NCBI RefSeq assembly: GCF_006345805.1
Contig: NC_043015.1
Location: 18,352,001-18,416,000, forward strand
Origin: Octopus sinensis
Taxonomy: Eukaryota
DNA: 64,000 bases
Reading direction: 5' to 3'
The notes under the pieces are model-generated. The model did not search any database and was not told the origin of the DNA. It worked only from the letters and a program-made list of their open reading frames with translations. This document shows, one piece after another, positions 62,298 through 64,000 of this stretch. Position 1 is the stretch's first letter. The number at the start of each line of letters is the position of its first letter. The position numbers were made by a program, and so were the translations under genes.

Positions 62298-63839
62298 TAC
62301 TTGGTAGTAGAGCAAAAGAACAATTAAAAACTATCGGATAAAATTCACAGTTTGTAACTTTTGACTTCGTTCCAACGCAGGCGAACCGAGGAACTTTTAC
62401 AGGCTTGTTGAACATGCTACTGTCACAGGTTGGCGAAGTACGTAAGGGAGGTTCATTTTCCGTTTGAAACATTTCATTTCGATTATTCTTCGTAAAATAT
62501 TAACTGTTCTAGAGCTTTAAAATGGAGACTGCATATCCCATTCTGAAATCATGTGAAAGCTTGACCCCCAAGAAAGATGGGCTGGAAAGAGTTCAGTAAT
62601 TTATGTGGAACACACCACAATACCAGAGAATCTGACAGATGCAGATGACAGGTGCAAAACAGAAGCGAATTAAGCTCATAGAGCAGGCCATCAAGTTACG
62701 GCTATTTGTCCCCCACGCAGCAGTTCAACACGTTCGCCACTGCGTAAGCTTAAATCGGTTATTGGTAGTATTCGGTCTCCCCAGTCGAGAGTTGCAATGG
62801 TCTGTTGAGGTAGGCATCAAAGTCTTATCGTTTTCAGTTTGTCACTCATCGTAAACAGTTCGACAAAGTTCTGTTGGGAAAACAACACCCATTTGTTTGT
62901 AATCAGAAGGTACACTTCCACTGAGGCCTGTCAAAAGCCGAATTTGTTGCTAGGCTGCGCCTCTGTCACTCGGGTCTAAAGAACGACTTTCATGCCTTCG
63001 CAGCACACGCACATTAGTTCAGACAATATGTTCTTTGTGTTTGGGTGGAAGGAATTTGGAGGCTCTTTGTCTTTTAAGCAATTCCCTTATTGCTATACAT
63101 TGATTCCTGCAGCTAACAGATTCGTCTATAATTCTACTCTTGAAGGAAACCCACCACATTGCAAATGACCCTCATTAATTGCCGCTTAGCTAGTTTACTA
63201 ATGAAAACTCTGGGTTCACCTTCCAGTAACTGAGTATTTGTCTAATTGTCTTTTAGTTTACTGTAAAGGATACACAAATATGATCCATGTAGCCTACTTC
63301 TAGACAATTTATACTAAGCCTTTCTGCTACTTTGAGGAAAATCAAAGTACAACCTGAATGATCTGTTGTTGTTTCTGAACTTGTGTTACTAGAGGATCTG
63401 CAGCAATTTCTCGCTGCCGCTCACGCCTAAGACCACCAACTTACCGATCGGGTGTAGGAAAACTCTAAATATTTCTGAAATAACATTGCCAAGCCACTCG
63501 ATCCAAGATGATTGTAGGGCGCGTAAACCTCGCAGTAGTCCCGAAATAGGGTGAGTGTGTGCATCCTTGAACTCTTAGTCTTGCTAATGGCTACTGTATG
63601 AAGTGAATCGAGATTTTGAGCCTTCTTTGCGGTATACTGGAAAGAATGAGATGCGTCTATCTTCACTCTTTTCGTTCTAGCTTTATGTGCTTTGAAACGA
63701 TTATCATTTTCTTAATGCGATATTTTCTGTTTGGTTGCACCTGTGGAACTGCTTTATGCATGCCATATAACCACTCATAACTTTTTCATTTTTTGGAATT
63801 TTCTGAAAATTTTTAATGAATTTGTATCCTTATTTCTTT

Positions 63840-64000
63840 ATTACTCACAAGGGGCTAAACATAGAGGGGACAAACAAGGACAGACAAAGGGATTAAGTCG
63901 ATTACATCAACCCCAGTGGTTAACTGGTACTTAATTTATCGACCCCGAGAGGATAAAAGGCAAAGACGACCTCGGCGGAATTTGAACTCAGAACGTAACA
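63840..64000 (+). mobile_element. Common dispersed repeat, also at ~21880-22050
   Basis: ccccagtggttaactggtacttaatttatcgaccccgagaggataaaaggcaaagacgacctcggcggaatttgaactc matches cccagtgttcaactggtaattattttattgaccctgaaaggatggaaggcaaagtc. Confidence 0.7.

Overview
AT-rich, repeat-dense eukaryotic genomic DNA. It is most likely a coleoid cephalopod (Octopus-like), an inference from the SINE/RTE/MITE families and the microsatellite load. One gene is solid: a complete 7-coding-exon ASCC1 on the + strand (14033-31585, 350 aa; KH domain with GKKG loop plus 2H-phosphoesterase with HLT/HAT motifs; all splice phases close). I also infer (i) an unidentified multi-exon gene on the - strand at 3.8-6.2 kb, apparently head-to-head with ASCC1 across a CpG-retaining region near 10.7-10.9 kb, and (ii) a weaker candidate terminal exon of a convergent - strand gene at 32.2-32.3 kb. 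The rest is mobile DNA: an internally deleted Helitron, a piggyBac deletion derivative, a hAT transposon with an exact 8-bp TSD nested in a MITE, a dead mariner, two Penelope-like remnants (one with a hammerhead-like motif), many RTE-type LINE fragments (one with an inverted 5' half), tRNA-derived and (GAT)n-tailed SINEs, foldback hairpins and long microsatellites. Most long ORFs in the supplied track are microsatellite artefacts. No CRISPR, rRNA or bona fide tRNA gene was seen. All reading was by eye: repeat boundaries are approximate, exon boundaries were counted base by base. I do not see evidence for a wholly new biological system, but several structures merit follow-up.
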